From: Sedimentisphaerales bacterium
GTDB taxonomy: Bacteria > Planctomycetota > Phycisphaerae > Sedimentisphaerales > Anaerobacaceae
Assembly (NCBI GenBank): GCA_963708075.1
Contig: OY970194.1
Span: forward strand, 3,072,001-3,136,000
Direction of reading: 5' to 3'
DNA: 64,000 bases
Shown here piece after piece: positions 1-9,174 of the stretch (positions are counted from its first letter, which is position 1; the number at the start of each line of letters is the position of its first letter). The translations under genes and the position numbers were made by a program. The notes beneath the pieces are model-generated. The model saw only the letters and a list, made by a program, of their open reading frames with translations, did not search any database and was not told the origin of the DNA.

Positions 1-138
1 GCCGCGGTCCGGGTGCGGCAATTTGGGCATAGAATCGCGGAACATTTTCTCGACGGGTGCGTTCCGTTCGGCTATATTCATGCGACAAGTAGTACATAGT
101 ACCCAGCACACTGACAACCGTACATGGAGAAGCAGAAG

Positions 139-904
139 ATGAATTATCGCAGAGTGATTCCCTGTCTGGATGTCAAACACGGCCGCCTGGTGAAGGGCGT
201 GAACTTCATCAACCTGGCGGATGTCGGCGACCCCGCCGAGACCGCTGCCGCGTACAGCCAGGCCGGCGCAGACGAACTGGTCTTTCTGGACATCACGGCG
301 ACAGTGGAGGGACGCAAGACGCTTCTGGACGCCGTCAAGCGGACGGTGGAGCGAACCTCCGTACCCCTGACCGTCGGCGGAGGTATCAATAGCTGCAAGG
401 CCATCGAGGAACTGCTGGGCCTCGGTGTGTCTAAGGTCTCAATAAATACGGCCGCCGTGCGCAGCCCAAGCCTGGTCAAGGAATCCGTCAAGACCTTCGG
501 AACGGACAAGATCACGATCGCCATCGATACGGCCAAGAACCCCGACCTGCCTTCGGGTTTTGAGGTAATGATCAAAGGCGGAACGGCCGGTACGGGCATC
601 GACGCCGTCGAGTGGGCCAAAAAGGTCGCGGGCCTTGGCGCCGGGGCCATCCTGCCCACAAGCATGGATACCGACGGCACCCAGGGCGGCTACGACATTC
701 CCATGACGCGGGCCATTGCGGACGCGGTTCTCCCTGCCGGTAATCGCCTCCGGCGGCGCGGGGACCCTGGATCATCTATATGAGGCCGTAGTCGATGGGC
801 ACGCCGACGCCGTCCTCGTGGCCTCTATCGCCCATTTCGGCAAATATAGCATCAAGGAGATGAAGCAATACCTTGCCGAGCGGGACATCCCCGTCAGACT
901 CTGA
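139..904 (+). CDS. hisF: Imidazole glycerol phosphate synthase cyclase subunit HisF (one apparent frameshift near 726-732)
   Basis: [36 protein letters not shown] and TSMD.DGT..GYD lie in ORF 124..783. The C-terminus PVIASGGAG...[13 protein letters not shown] continues in ORF 716..904. GGAG precedes ATG 139. Confidence 0.93.
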
Positions 905-984
905 GCCGATACGGCGTTATCGCCCCTTGCGAGTTTCGCCATCCCGGGCAACCCTTAAGTAACCTGCTCTTTGCCTCCCCGGCA

Positions 985-1011
985 AAAGTTGGACCCCGGA
1001 TTGGCCGATAG
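985..1011 (+). promoter_or_regulatory. Putative sigma28 (FliA/WhiG)-type promoter
   Basis: AAAG-N15-GCCGATAG versus the enteric consensus TAAA-N15-GCCGATAA. Confidence 0.4.
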
Positions 1012-1063
1012 GGAGGAGGGTGACAGTCCATGATTGTTTTGATGGCGGTATGTGCGTGAGCGT

Positions 1064-1225
1064 ATGTTCGGCTGGCTGACAAAAGACAAATTCCTCCTGA
1101 AGGCCAAACTCTTCACGATTCGCTGGTATCCCAGCAGCCGCAGTTGCCTCAAGCTCGCCGATAAGAAACGCCCCCCCCAGCAGATGCCGCCCCTCATGGT
1201 GCGCAAACCCGAGTGGCGCCGATAA
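1064..1225 (+). CDS. Small basic hypothetical protein (53 aa, MFGWLTKDKFLLKAKLFTIRWYP...PEWRR); below the ORF-track cutoff
   Basis: Translated by hand. Strongly GC3-biased codons; preceded by a sigma28-like promoter motif. The start could be 1052 (GTG), or 1030 if there is another indel. Confidence 0.4.
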   Translation: MFGWLTKDKFLLKAKLFTIRWYPSSRSCLKLADKKRPPQQMPPLMVRKPEWRR

Positions 1226-1300
1226 AGAACCAGGGCCTGCGTCAAGCGAAGCAGGCCCCAGTCACATGATCCATTTCCAGCGACATCCATCGACCGCCGA

Positions 1301-3169
1301 CTATTCCTTTGCCGGCGCCGATTTGGTCAGGTAAATGTCATCGAAGTAGAGCGGTCCTGTGCCACCTCGTACCGGCTTGACCCGGTCGCCGACACCTATG
1401 AACATCTTTCGTACGGCTGCAAGGTTCACGCCCGCGTTGGTGAAGTCGCTGAGCGGGACCTTCCACTCGACCCAGGTCTTGCCTGTCAGGACTTCCGGGT
1501 CGGGATGCGTGACGACACCCGTGTGGTTGGAGGCATCCCGCAGCGCGACGTACAGCCGGTCGGCCGCGTTCACTGTTGCTTCGTCGATTCGGGCCGTGCC
1601 CCACGAACTGGGAACGTGAGCGATCCCATGCCAGGCAACCTGTGAATCACGGTTTCCGCCGTCGTCATCGTCGTTGATCATCACGTCAATCCCGACCAAC
1701 TGGCCCTGGCGCGGCGACCCGCCGATTACCACGGACCACGGCAGTTGGATTTCATGGCGGTACCCGGAAGCGGTCGTGACCACCGCGTATTTTACGCCCA
1801 CCAGGCTATCCGGTGAACGATACCATTCGACAGGCGTCTCCACTACCGCGTGGTTCCAGCGGAAGCAGTACTGACAGTCCTTCGTGGTATCCTGAGCGGC
1901 GTCCTTGCTGTTGTCCCCATCGGTGAAGACCTCGATGCGATCGTCCAGCCATCCCTGGGCGGCATCCGAATCCTGCACCAAGGCCTCGTCGTTGACATCG
2001 ACCAGCAGGTAGAGATACGCGGAATCGTACATGGCTCGAAAACTGCCGGAGGAATCCTGCGGGCCACTGGCCTGACCGTCTACCAATGTGCTGATATACT
2101 GCACCGATGCCTTGGCCCAGGCTTCATCCATGTTGCCGTCGAGCACCGGCGGCGTCGCTGCCTGCGGGATGTCAAACTCCCGTGACTGACCGTGGACGTA
2201 GAGGGTCAATGTATCCAGGCCGTTGAGCATCCAATCCTGTGACGTCGTCCAGGTCCGCTCCGCCTCCGAGTAGAATGGCAAGTTAATGTTGTTGTAGTCC
2301 AGCGGCATCGATTGCATGCCGCCATGTACGGTTTTGGTTTCGGCAATGGTAGTATACGGGGAGCCTGCCGCCCAGATGTCGTGCCCGACAGAGGCGCCGG
2401 TGTCATTGCCCGGATCGCCCGGAGCGGGCTCCGTGTAGCCCCAGCCGTCGACCCAGGTCTGGAAGATGCGGCCTGTCACTTCATCCGTATAGCTCTCGAA
2501 GTCATCTACGAGCAACATCGTCGAGAAACTCCACACGAGGCCCGGCACCACGGTATCGTCATAGAGGATCCCGTCCACGCGCCAGAAGTACGTTGTGGCC
2601 GGCAGCAGCTCGGCGGGAGCATAGTTGGGGTCTGTCACAATCCCCTTGTCCGCCTCCGCGGTCCCATCGACAACTGCGGCTTTATTGTCACTCAAGTACA
2701 CATGGTGCTTGCCGGCGCCCTGGCCGGGAAGCCATTTCAGGTCCGGCGTAACGGAAACTGTGTTGCTCCCGTCCACAGGGTCAGGCAGGTACGCCGTCGT
2801 GGCCTGCACGGTAAAGACCCACACGTCGCCCTGGACCACCGTCACCAGATCATTCTCGATCTCATCGACTCGCCAGTAGTAGGTCATTCCAGGCACGAAA
2901 CCACCCATGTGAATATAGGCTGTCGGCAGCCTCGCCAGCTTGGCAGCGACGACGTCCGCCGGGCCAAGCTCCGGGCTCGTACCGAGATACACCCTATGGA
3001 AGACCGCTGTGCTGCCTGCCTGCCATTGCAGAACGCCAATCGGTCCAGACGGCGCGTCTACCCGCCCGTCCACCGGATCGGGAGTATGGGCCTTCTTCTG
3101 GCCCCACGAGACGCCACACGCACTCAGCAGTATGGCCGCGATAATCAGATACCCTGCTCGTCTACGCAT
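1301..3169 (-). CDS. Secreted modular protein: signal peptide, two YYWRVDE (FN3-like) modules, conserved C-terminal domain interrupted by a CBM9/DOMON-like sugar-binding module
   Basis: 622-aa ORF with RBS AAGGAGG. The segment PPVLDG.MDEAW...MYDSAYLYLLVDVND...D.IEVF.DGDN...GIDVMINDDDDG resembles CBM9_1. Confidence 0.8.
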   Translation of the reverse strand: MRRRAGYLIIAAILLSACGVSWGQKKAHTPDPVDGRVDAPSGPIGVLQWQAGSTAVFHRVYLGTSPELGPADVVAAKLARLPTAYIHMGGFVPGMTYYWRVDEIENDLVTVVQGDVWVFTVQATTAYLPDPVDGSNTVSVTPDLKWLPGQGAGKHHVYLSDNKAAVVDGTAEADKGIVTDPNYAPAELLPATTYFWRVDGILYDDTVVPGLVWSFSTMLLVDDFESYTDEVTGRIFQTWVDGWGYTEPAPGDPGNDTGASVGHDIWAAGSPYTTIAETKTVHGGMQSMPLDYNNINLPFYSEAERTWTTSQDWMLNGLDTLTLYVHGQSREFDIPQAATPPVLDGNMDEAWAKASVQYISTLVDGQASGPQDSSGSFRAMYDSAYLYLLVDVNDEALVQDSDAAQGWLDDRIEVFTDGDNSKDAAQDTTKDCQYCFRWNHAVVETPVEWYRSPDSLVGVKYAVVTTASGYRHEIQLPWSVVIGGSPRQGQLVGIDVMINDDDDGGNRDSQVAWHGIAHVPSSWGTARIDEATVNAADRLYVALRDASNHTGVVTHPDPEVLTGKTWVEWKVPLSDFTNAGVNLAAVRKMFIGVGDRVKPVRGGTGPLYFDDIYLTKSAPAKE

Positions 3170-3228
3170 GTCTTTCCTCCTTCAAAATAGAACTATACCC
3201 CGCGGACGCCGGAACATGAACAACGGGA

Positions 3229-3250
3229 GCCTGCACTATATGGTGCAGGC
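3229..3250 (-). terminator. Hairpin between the tandem paralogs (possible terminator or RNA-stability element)
   Basis: GCCTGCAC-tatatg-GTGCAGGC inverted repeat with only a weak U tract. Confidence 0.4.
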
Positions 3251-3314
3251 CCCCTGCCGCATAATCGCTGTCGTCCCTGTGACCGGTTCACTGCCACGCA
3301 TATCAGCTTCGTGA

Positions 3315-5177
3315 CTACTCCGTTGCCGGCGCCGGCCTGGTCAGGTAGATGTCATCGATGTAGAGCGAGCCGGCGGCGCCCTTTACCGGTTTGGCACGGT
3401 CGCCGACACCAATGAACATCTTCCGGATAGCCTGCAGGTTCACGCCGGCATCGGTGAAGTCCTTGAGCGGGATCTTCCACTCCACGAATTTCGTGGACGT
3501 CAGGATCCCCGCGTCAGGACTCGTGATCACGCCCGTATGGTTGGCGGCATCCCGCAGGGCAATATACAGCGCATCGGCTCCGCCCGTGACCTCCGGGACC
3601 GCGACCGCTGCCGTGCCCCAACTGGCGGCGATTTGCCAGTCGTCGCCCGACAGCGAGTGCCACGAAACCTGCGCCTCACGAGTGTCCCCGCCGTCGTCGT
3701 CGTCATTGTAGAAGCAGTCGATCCCAATGAGCTTGCCGGTCGGCACTGCCGAGCCGATCAGCGTCTGCCAGGGCAACTGGATCTCGATGCGCCATCCGGT
3801 GGCGGTGTTGACCTGGGCCATTACGACATTCGTGATATCCATATTCGTCCCCTGGATATCGGTGGCCGTCCACCCGAGGGTGTACTGGCGGTTGTGACCC
3901 GACAGCGGGGACGGACCCTTGGTGTTCTCTCCGTCGATGTAGAACTCGACGCTGTCATCCAGGTAGGCGGAGCTGGAGTCATTCCGGAGGTTCTCGTCGT
4001 TGATGTCGACCAGAGCATAAAGGTTTTGAGCATCATACAGCACGCGGAACTGGCCGGATGCATCAGCCGGGTTGTTCACTATGCCGACGATGGCGCGATT
4101 GACGGGCAGCACCACCGCCTGCGCCCAGGCTTCATCAGGCTGGCCGTCGATCACTGGTGGCGTCGCCACTTTCGCCATGTCGAAGTCCCTCGCCCGTCCC
4201 TGAACGTAGAGGGTCAGCGTGTCAAGGCCGTTGAGCGTCCAATCCTGCGACGTCGTCCAGGTCCTCTCCGCCTCTGAGTAGAACGGCAAGTTGATGTTGT
4301 TGTAGTCCAGCGGCATCGATTGCATGCCGCCATGCACGGCTTTGGTTTCGGCAATGGTAGTATACGGGGAGCCTGCCGCCCAGATGTCGTGCCCGACAGA
4401 GGCGCCGGTGTCATTGCCCGGATCGCCCGGAGCGGGCTCCGTGTAGCCCCAGCCGTCGACCCAGGTCTGGAAGAGGCGCTGGCCGACTTCGTTGCTGTAG
4501 CTCTCGAAGTCATCTATGGGCAGGATGGTGGTGAAACTCCACACGAGGCCGGGTGCCACGGTATCGTCAAAGAGGATCCCATCCACGCGCCAGAAGTACG
4601 TTGTGGCCGGCAGCAGCTCGGCGGGAGCGTAGTTGGGGTCTGTCACAATCCCCTTGTCCGCCTCCGCGGTCCCATCGACAACTGCGGCTTTATTGTCGCT
4701 CAAGTACACATGGTGCTTGCCCGCGCCCTGACCCGGCACCCACTTGAGGTCCGGCGTAACGGAGACTGTGTTGCTCCCGTCCACTGGATCAGGCAGGTAC
4801 GCCGTTGTGGCCTGCACGGTAAAGACCCACACGTCGCCCTGGACCACCGTCACCAGATCCTTCTCGATCTCATCGACTCGCCAGTAGTAGGTCATTCCAG
4901 GCACGAAACCACCCATGTGAATATAGGCCGTCGGCAGCTTCGCCAGCTTGGCGTTGACGACGTCCGCCGGGCCAAGCTCCGGGCTCGTACCGAGAGACAC
5001 CCTATGGAAGACCGCTGTGCTGCCTGCCTGCCATTGCAGAACGCCAATCGGTCCGGACGGCACGTCTACCCGCCCATCCACCGGATCGGGAGTATGGGCC
5101 TTCTTCTGGCCCCACGAGACGCCACACGCACTCAGCAGTATGGCCGCGATAATCAGATACCCTGCTCGTCTACGCAT
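3315..5177 (-). CDS. Secreted modular protein, paralog of 1301..3169, with a divergent CBM9/DOMON-like module
   Basis: 620-aa ORF. The first ~325 aa are nearly identical to the downstream paralog, and the RBS region is identical. Confidence 0.8.
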   Translation of the reverse strand: MRRRAGYLIIAAILLSACGVSWGQKKAHTPDPVDGRVDVPSGPIGVLQWQAGSTAVFHRVSLGTSPELGPADVVNAKLAKLPTAYIHMGGFVPGMTYYWRVDEIEKDLVTVVQGDVWVFTVQATTAYLPDPVDGSNTVSVTPDLKWVPGQGAGKHHVYLSDNKAAVVDGTAEADKGIVTDPNYAPAELLPATTYFWRVDGILFDDTVAPGLVWSFTTILPIDDFESYSNEVGQRLFQTWVDGWGYTEPAPGDPGNDTGASVGHDIWAAGSPYTTIAETKAVHGGMQSMPLDYNNINLPFYSEAERTWTTSQDWTLNGLDTLTLYVQGRARDFDMAKVATPPVIDGQPDEAWAQAVVLPVNRAIVGIVNNPADASGQFRVLYDAQNLYALVDINDENLRNDSSSAYLDDSVEFYIDGENTKGPSPLSGHNRQYTLGWTATDIQGTNMDITNVVMAQVNTATGWRIEIQLPWQTLIGSAVPTGKLIGIDCFYNDDDDGGDTREAQVSWHSLSGDDWQIAASWGTAAVAVPEVTGGADALYIALRDAANHTGVITSPDAGILTSTKFVEWKIPLKDFTDAGVNLQAIRKMFIGVGDRAKPVKGAAGSLYIDDIYLTRPAPATE

Positions 5178-5542
5178 GTCTTTCCTCCTTCAAAGCAAAC
5201 GCCCACAGTCTTGGCCTGGCCACACACCAGGCGTCGTTCGCACACACTCATGGCGCCGGGCACAGAGATATCACGTGGGTACATCGCGACAGGACCGGCG
5301 TCGTACACTCGCACAAGGCACAGTTCGTAGATTGGTCCCCCCTGCTGTGTTCTCTCACCTCCTTCTCAGACACGCTGCTGATGGTGCGATTCGTACAGAA
5401 AACGGGAAGTAATACAGCAGAGGTGCACAAACCGCTCCACAGATCTTGTGTGACAACGTCCACATAGACCCACACTCCACGAACGCGGGGAGCATGATCC
5501 ACAGGAGCCCGCACAGCAGATCCGCTGCTCCACATGGCGTCG

Positions 5543-5567
5543 GAAGAAGTGACACAGTCACTTCTTC
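5543..5567. promoter_or_regulatory. Perfect 11-3-11 inverted repeat (candidate operator or hairpin)
   Basis: GAAGAAGTGAC-ACA-GTCACTTCTTC in a 750-bp divergent intergenic region. Confidence 0.4.
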
Positions 5568-5926
5568 GGTCACTGTACCACGCATCAAGCCCCTGTGCAA
5601 GCGAAATCCCGTCTTTATGGGGCGATAGAGCCACGACCCGGCAGATCGACTGTCACCCCCTGTCTTTATAGGACTACTGCGTCGTGCTCCTGTCTCTCAA
5701 GAGAAAACCGCCCTTTCTCAGTCACCAGAGGCTAAATACCCAATCCCTAGTGAAAACAAGATTCCCACTCGCCCATAGTTATCCATTTTGCCTCAAGATT
5801 TCCCCGCAGGCCTTCCGATACTACCCTCATGCAAGTTTCCCAAATTGACATTTGGAGCCTGAAGGAATGCAAGGTTCGCAGGCAATCGCACGAAGCCATC
5901 AACTCTGGTCAGTGAAGGAGACATCT

Positions 5927-6655
5927 ATGGTCAAGGAACAAGCTATAGCCAAGTACCTGGAAGCCCTGTTGCGTGGAGACCGCAGGATGTGTCGCAGCGT
6001 CGTCGAGGAGACCCTCCAGAGCGGCATCCCCGCCAACTCGGTATACCTGCACCTGATCTGGCCGGTTATGGCAGAGATCGAGCGGCTGCTGCGAACGGAT
6101 AAGATCACGACGATCCAGGAGCACCTGGCGACCCGCATCAATCGGACACTCGTGGATCAGTTGCAGAATAAGCTGCCCCGCCGCCCTGCCAAGCACAAGA
6201 AGGCGGCCGTCTGCTGCGCCCGCGAGGAGTTGCAGGAACTGGGGGCACAGATGATCGCCGACCTGTTCGAGAGCGACGGCTGGGAGGTCCGATTCCTCGG
6301 CGGCGGCCTGAGCAATGACGATATCTTCGGATACATCAATGAATACGCCCCGGACGTGCTGCTAGTCTACGGGACAACGCCCAAGCAGGCCCCCGACGTA
6401 CGGCGGCTGATCGACCGAGTCCGCGGCGTCAATGCCTGGCCGGACATGCGCATCGTCGTCTCCGGCGGGCTCTTCAACCGGGCAGAGGGTCTCTGGGAAG
6501 AGATCGGCGCCGATGGGTTTGCCGCGACCGCCGCGGAGGTCCTGCAAGTGGCCGCCGATGATTCGCAGGTGGCCAACCCGGACCGCAGAACCGTGAACCG
6601 GCGCAAACGCAAGTATCAGGCCCTGCCGGTAGAAGAGGCCAGTGTAACGCTATAA
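5927..6655 (+). CDS. Cobalamin (B12)-binding-domain family protein (four-helix cap plus Rossmann-like domain, no DNA-binding domain)
   Basis: YLEALLRGD...P.M.EI...IT..QEHLAT cap, then E.QELGAQM.ADLF..DGWEV.FLG...VSGG...IGADGFA. RBS AAGGAG precedes ATG 5927. Confidence 0.8.
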   Translation: MVKEQAIAKYLEALLRGDRRMCRSVVEETLQSGIPANSVYLHLIWPVMAEIERLLRTDKITTIQEHLATRINRTLVDQLQNKLPRRPAKHKKAAVCCAREELQELGAQMIADLFESDGWEVRFLGGGLSNDDIFGYINEYAPDVLLVYGTTPKQAPDVRRLIDRVRGVNAWPDMRIVVSGGLFNRAEGLWEEIGADGFAATAAEVLQVAADDSQVANPDRRTVNRRKRKYQALPVEEASVTL

Positions 6656-6859
6656 CAAACGTCCGTCGGCGGGTTGCCGCTCACTGCGGTGACCCGCTAC
6701 GGCGGCTGGCACGCTATTCCTCCTGATCCTGTCCAAGCGTTGCCGATGGTCCGCTCCTCCCCAATCGCCGGGGCCCCCGGCCCGTGACGCTGCCACGCAT
6801 CCGTGTAGTCTCCGGCGACCTGATCTCAAGAACGCGGGATGTTCTCCGTCAGTGCGACA

Positions 6860-8422
6860 TCACTGTGAGTTCTTCTGGAGCTTGTATTCGACGCTATCCA
6901 CGAGGGCGAGCCAGCTTGCCTCGATGACGTTCTCCGAGACGCCCACCGTCCCCCAGACCGCCTGCTTGTCGCGCGACTCGATCACGACGCGGACGCGGGC
7001 CGCTGTACCGGCATGTGCATTGACCACGCGGACCTTGTAGTCGATCAGGTGCATGTCCTGAATATGCGGGTAGAACCGCTCCAGCGACCTGCGCAGCGCC
7101 GCGTCCAGCGCGTTCACGGGGCCGTCCCCCTCGCCGACAACGTGCTCGATCCCGTCGCCGACCTTGAGCTTGACCGTCGCTTCGGTGACAATCTCCCCGG
7201 TCCTGCGTTTTTCGACATCCACGTGATACTTGATCAACTCGAACGAAGGCTTGAAGGTTCCCAGGGTCTTCTTGATGAGCAGATCGAAGCTGGCGTTGGC
7301 CGCCTCGAATTGATAGCCCTCGTTCTCCAGCTCCTGCACCCGCTCCAGGATCTTCCTGGCCAGCTTCTTGTCCTGCGTGAGCTTGGCCTTCTCGAGCTCG
7401 GCGAGGATATTCGATTTGCCGCTGAGCTCCGAGATCAGGAACCGCCGCTCGTTGCCGACGAGTTCAGGCTCGACATGCTCGTAGGTCCGTTTGTTCTTGC
7501 GCAAGGCATCCACGTGCAGTCCCGCCTTGTGGGCAAACGCGCTCTCGCCCACGTAGGGCAGATTCATCACAGGCAGGATGTTCCCGATCTCAAAGATAAA
7601 TCGCGAGGTCTCGGTGAGCATCCGTATCTTCTCCGGCTTGAGGGTCTCCATGCCCATCTTGAAGGCGAGGCCCGGGATTACGGCACACAGATCGGCGTTG
7701 CCGCACCGCTCGCCCAGGCCGTTGATCGTGCCTTGCACGTGACGGACCCCGGCGCGCACCGCAGCCAGCGAGTTGGCGGTCGCACAATCCGCATCATTGT
7801 GGGTGTGAATCCCGATCGTGACGGAGCCGAAAGTCTCGCAGACGTTTCGAGTGATCTCATAGATTCGTTCGGGCAGCGAGCCGCCATTGGTGTCACAGAG
7901 GACCAGGGCATCCGCGCCGGCGTTCGCCGCGGCGGCGAGCACCTTCATGGCATACTCCGGGTTCTCCCGGTAACCGTCGAAGAAGTGCTCCGCGTCGAAG
8001 ATCGCCTCCAGGCCCTTGCTCTTGAGATACGCGATGGAGTCCGCGCAAATCGTCAGATTCTCATCCAGCGAGCAACCGAGCACCAGTTTGACGTGCAGAT
8101 CCCACGTCTTGCCCACAATCGTCGCCGCCGGCGTCTTGCAGGCGAGAATCGCATTGAGCGAGACATCGTCGGCAACGCAGCAATCGGCCCGCCGGGTGCT
8201 GCCAAACGCGGCGATTCTCGAGTTCGTCAGGCCCAGGCCGGCCACCTCCTTGAAGAATTGCATCTCCTTGGGGTTTGACGCCGCGTAGCCGCCTTCGATG
8301 TAATCCAAGCCCAGGCTGTCCAGCCACTGGGCAATGGCCAGCTTGTCCTTGAGAGAGAAGCTTACGCCTTCCGCCTGCATCCCATCGCGTAACGTCGTAT
8401 CGTACAGTGCTACTTTTGTCAT
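6860..8422 (-). CDS. cimA: Citramalate synthase (LeuA/DRE-TIM family)
   Basis: YDTTLRDGMQAEG, IVGKTWD.HV, FDAEHFFDG, HTHND, GTINGLGERCGNA, AFAHKAGLH and a C-terminal GDGPVNALD regulatory domain. Confidence 0.9.
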   Translation of the reverse strand: MTKVALYDTTLRDGMQAEGVSFSLKDKLAIAQWLDSLGLDYIEGGYAASNPKEMQFFKEVAGLGLTNSRIAAFGSTRRADCCVADDVSLNAILACKTPAATIVGKTWDLHVKLVLGCSLDENLTICADSIAYLKSKGLEAIFDAEHFFDGYRENPEYAMKVLAAAANAGADALVLCDTNGGSLPERIYEITRNVCETFGSVTIGIHTHNDADCATANSLAAVRAGVRHVQGTINGLGERCGNADLCAVIPGLAFKMGMETLKPEKIRMLTETSRFIFEIGNILPVMNLPYVGESAFAHKAGLHVDALRKNKRTYEHVEPELVGNERRFLISELSGKSNILAELEKAKLTQDKKLARKILERVQELENEGYQFEAANASFDLLIKKTLGTFKPSFELIKYHVDVEKRRTGEIVTEATVKLKVGDGIEHVVGEGDGPVNALDAALRRSLERFYPHIQDMHLIDYKVRVVNAHAGTAARVRVVIESRDKQAVWGTVGVSENVIEASWLALVDSVEYKLQKNSQ

Positions 8423-8601
8423 ATCACATCCTGGCTCTATCTGGGACCATCCGACACAGGGACCTGTGCCGGCAGGAGTCCTCACAATGAGAAACGTGCC
8501 TGATTCTACACACTCGGCACCTTCTGTAAAGACCCAAGTCCGTCAACCACAGCATCGGGCCCGTCCGGCAAAGAAATCGTGCCGGAGAAGCAATAAAGGT
8601 C

Positions 8602-8630
8602 TTGGCAATATGGCGATGCGCGGGTATACT
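8602..8630 (+). promoter_or_regulatory. Sigma70-like promoter for the PTS IIA gene
   Basis: TTGGCA-N17-TATACT about 55 bp upstream of the start. Confidence 0.5.
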
Positions 8631-8684
8631 CCCCCGTTTGTATTGAGGTGCTTGCGGTCTGATATCGTTTTGGTCTCTTGTACC

Positions 8685-9143
8685 ATGATGCTAACTCGTA
8701 TATTGCAGCCCACGTGCATTAAGGTCCCCTTGACCGGCACGGATAAAGACTCGGTGATCACGGAGTTGGTGGATATTCTCGCCGAAAACGGCTTGCTTGG
8801 GAACAAGCAAGCCGCCCTGGATGCGGTGTTTGCGCGGGAGCGAACCCGCAGCACGGGAATCGGTGCAGGCATCGCCATTCCGCACGGCAAAAGCAGCGCC
8901 GTCAAGGAACTCGTCATGGCGTTGGGAATTGCTCAACAACCGGTGGACTTCGAGAGTATTGACAGAAAGCCGGTGTTCATCGTGATTCTGCTCGTTTCGC
9001 CGCTTGACCAGACAGGCCCGCACATCCAGGCCTTGGCGCGCATCAGCCGACTCATGCTCGACAGTGAGTTCAAGAACGCGTTGGAGAAGGCTCCTTCGGC
9101 CCAGGCGGCTTATCAGCTCCTGAGCGACCGCGAGAACGAGTAA
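8685..9143 (+). CDS. PTS sugar transporter subunit IIA (Fru/Ntr type, stand-alone)
   Basis: RE...STGIG.GIAIPH phospho-His motif, VDFESID.KPV, HIQALARISR. Confidence 0.9.
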   Translation: MMLTRILQPTCIKVPLTGTDKDSVITELVDILAENGLLGNKQAALDAVFARERTRSTGIGAGIAIPHGKSSAVKELVMALGIAQQPVDFESIDRKPVFIVILLVSPLDQTGPHIQALARISRLMLDSEFKNALEKAPSAQAAYQLLSDRENE

Positions 9144-9174
9144 CGCCCTGATTCGGGCTTTGCCCGGCTATGCC

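Noticed and set aside
1301..5194. Diversity-generating retroelement template/variable repeat pair
   Set aside because: Both copies are full genes, the differences are not adenine-specific, and there is no reverse transcriptase.
5248..5634. ORFs in the long intergenic regions 5178-5926 and 57752-58489
   Set aside because: No RBS or motif support; these are more plausibly divergent promoter regions.
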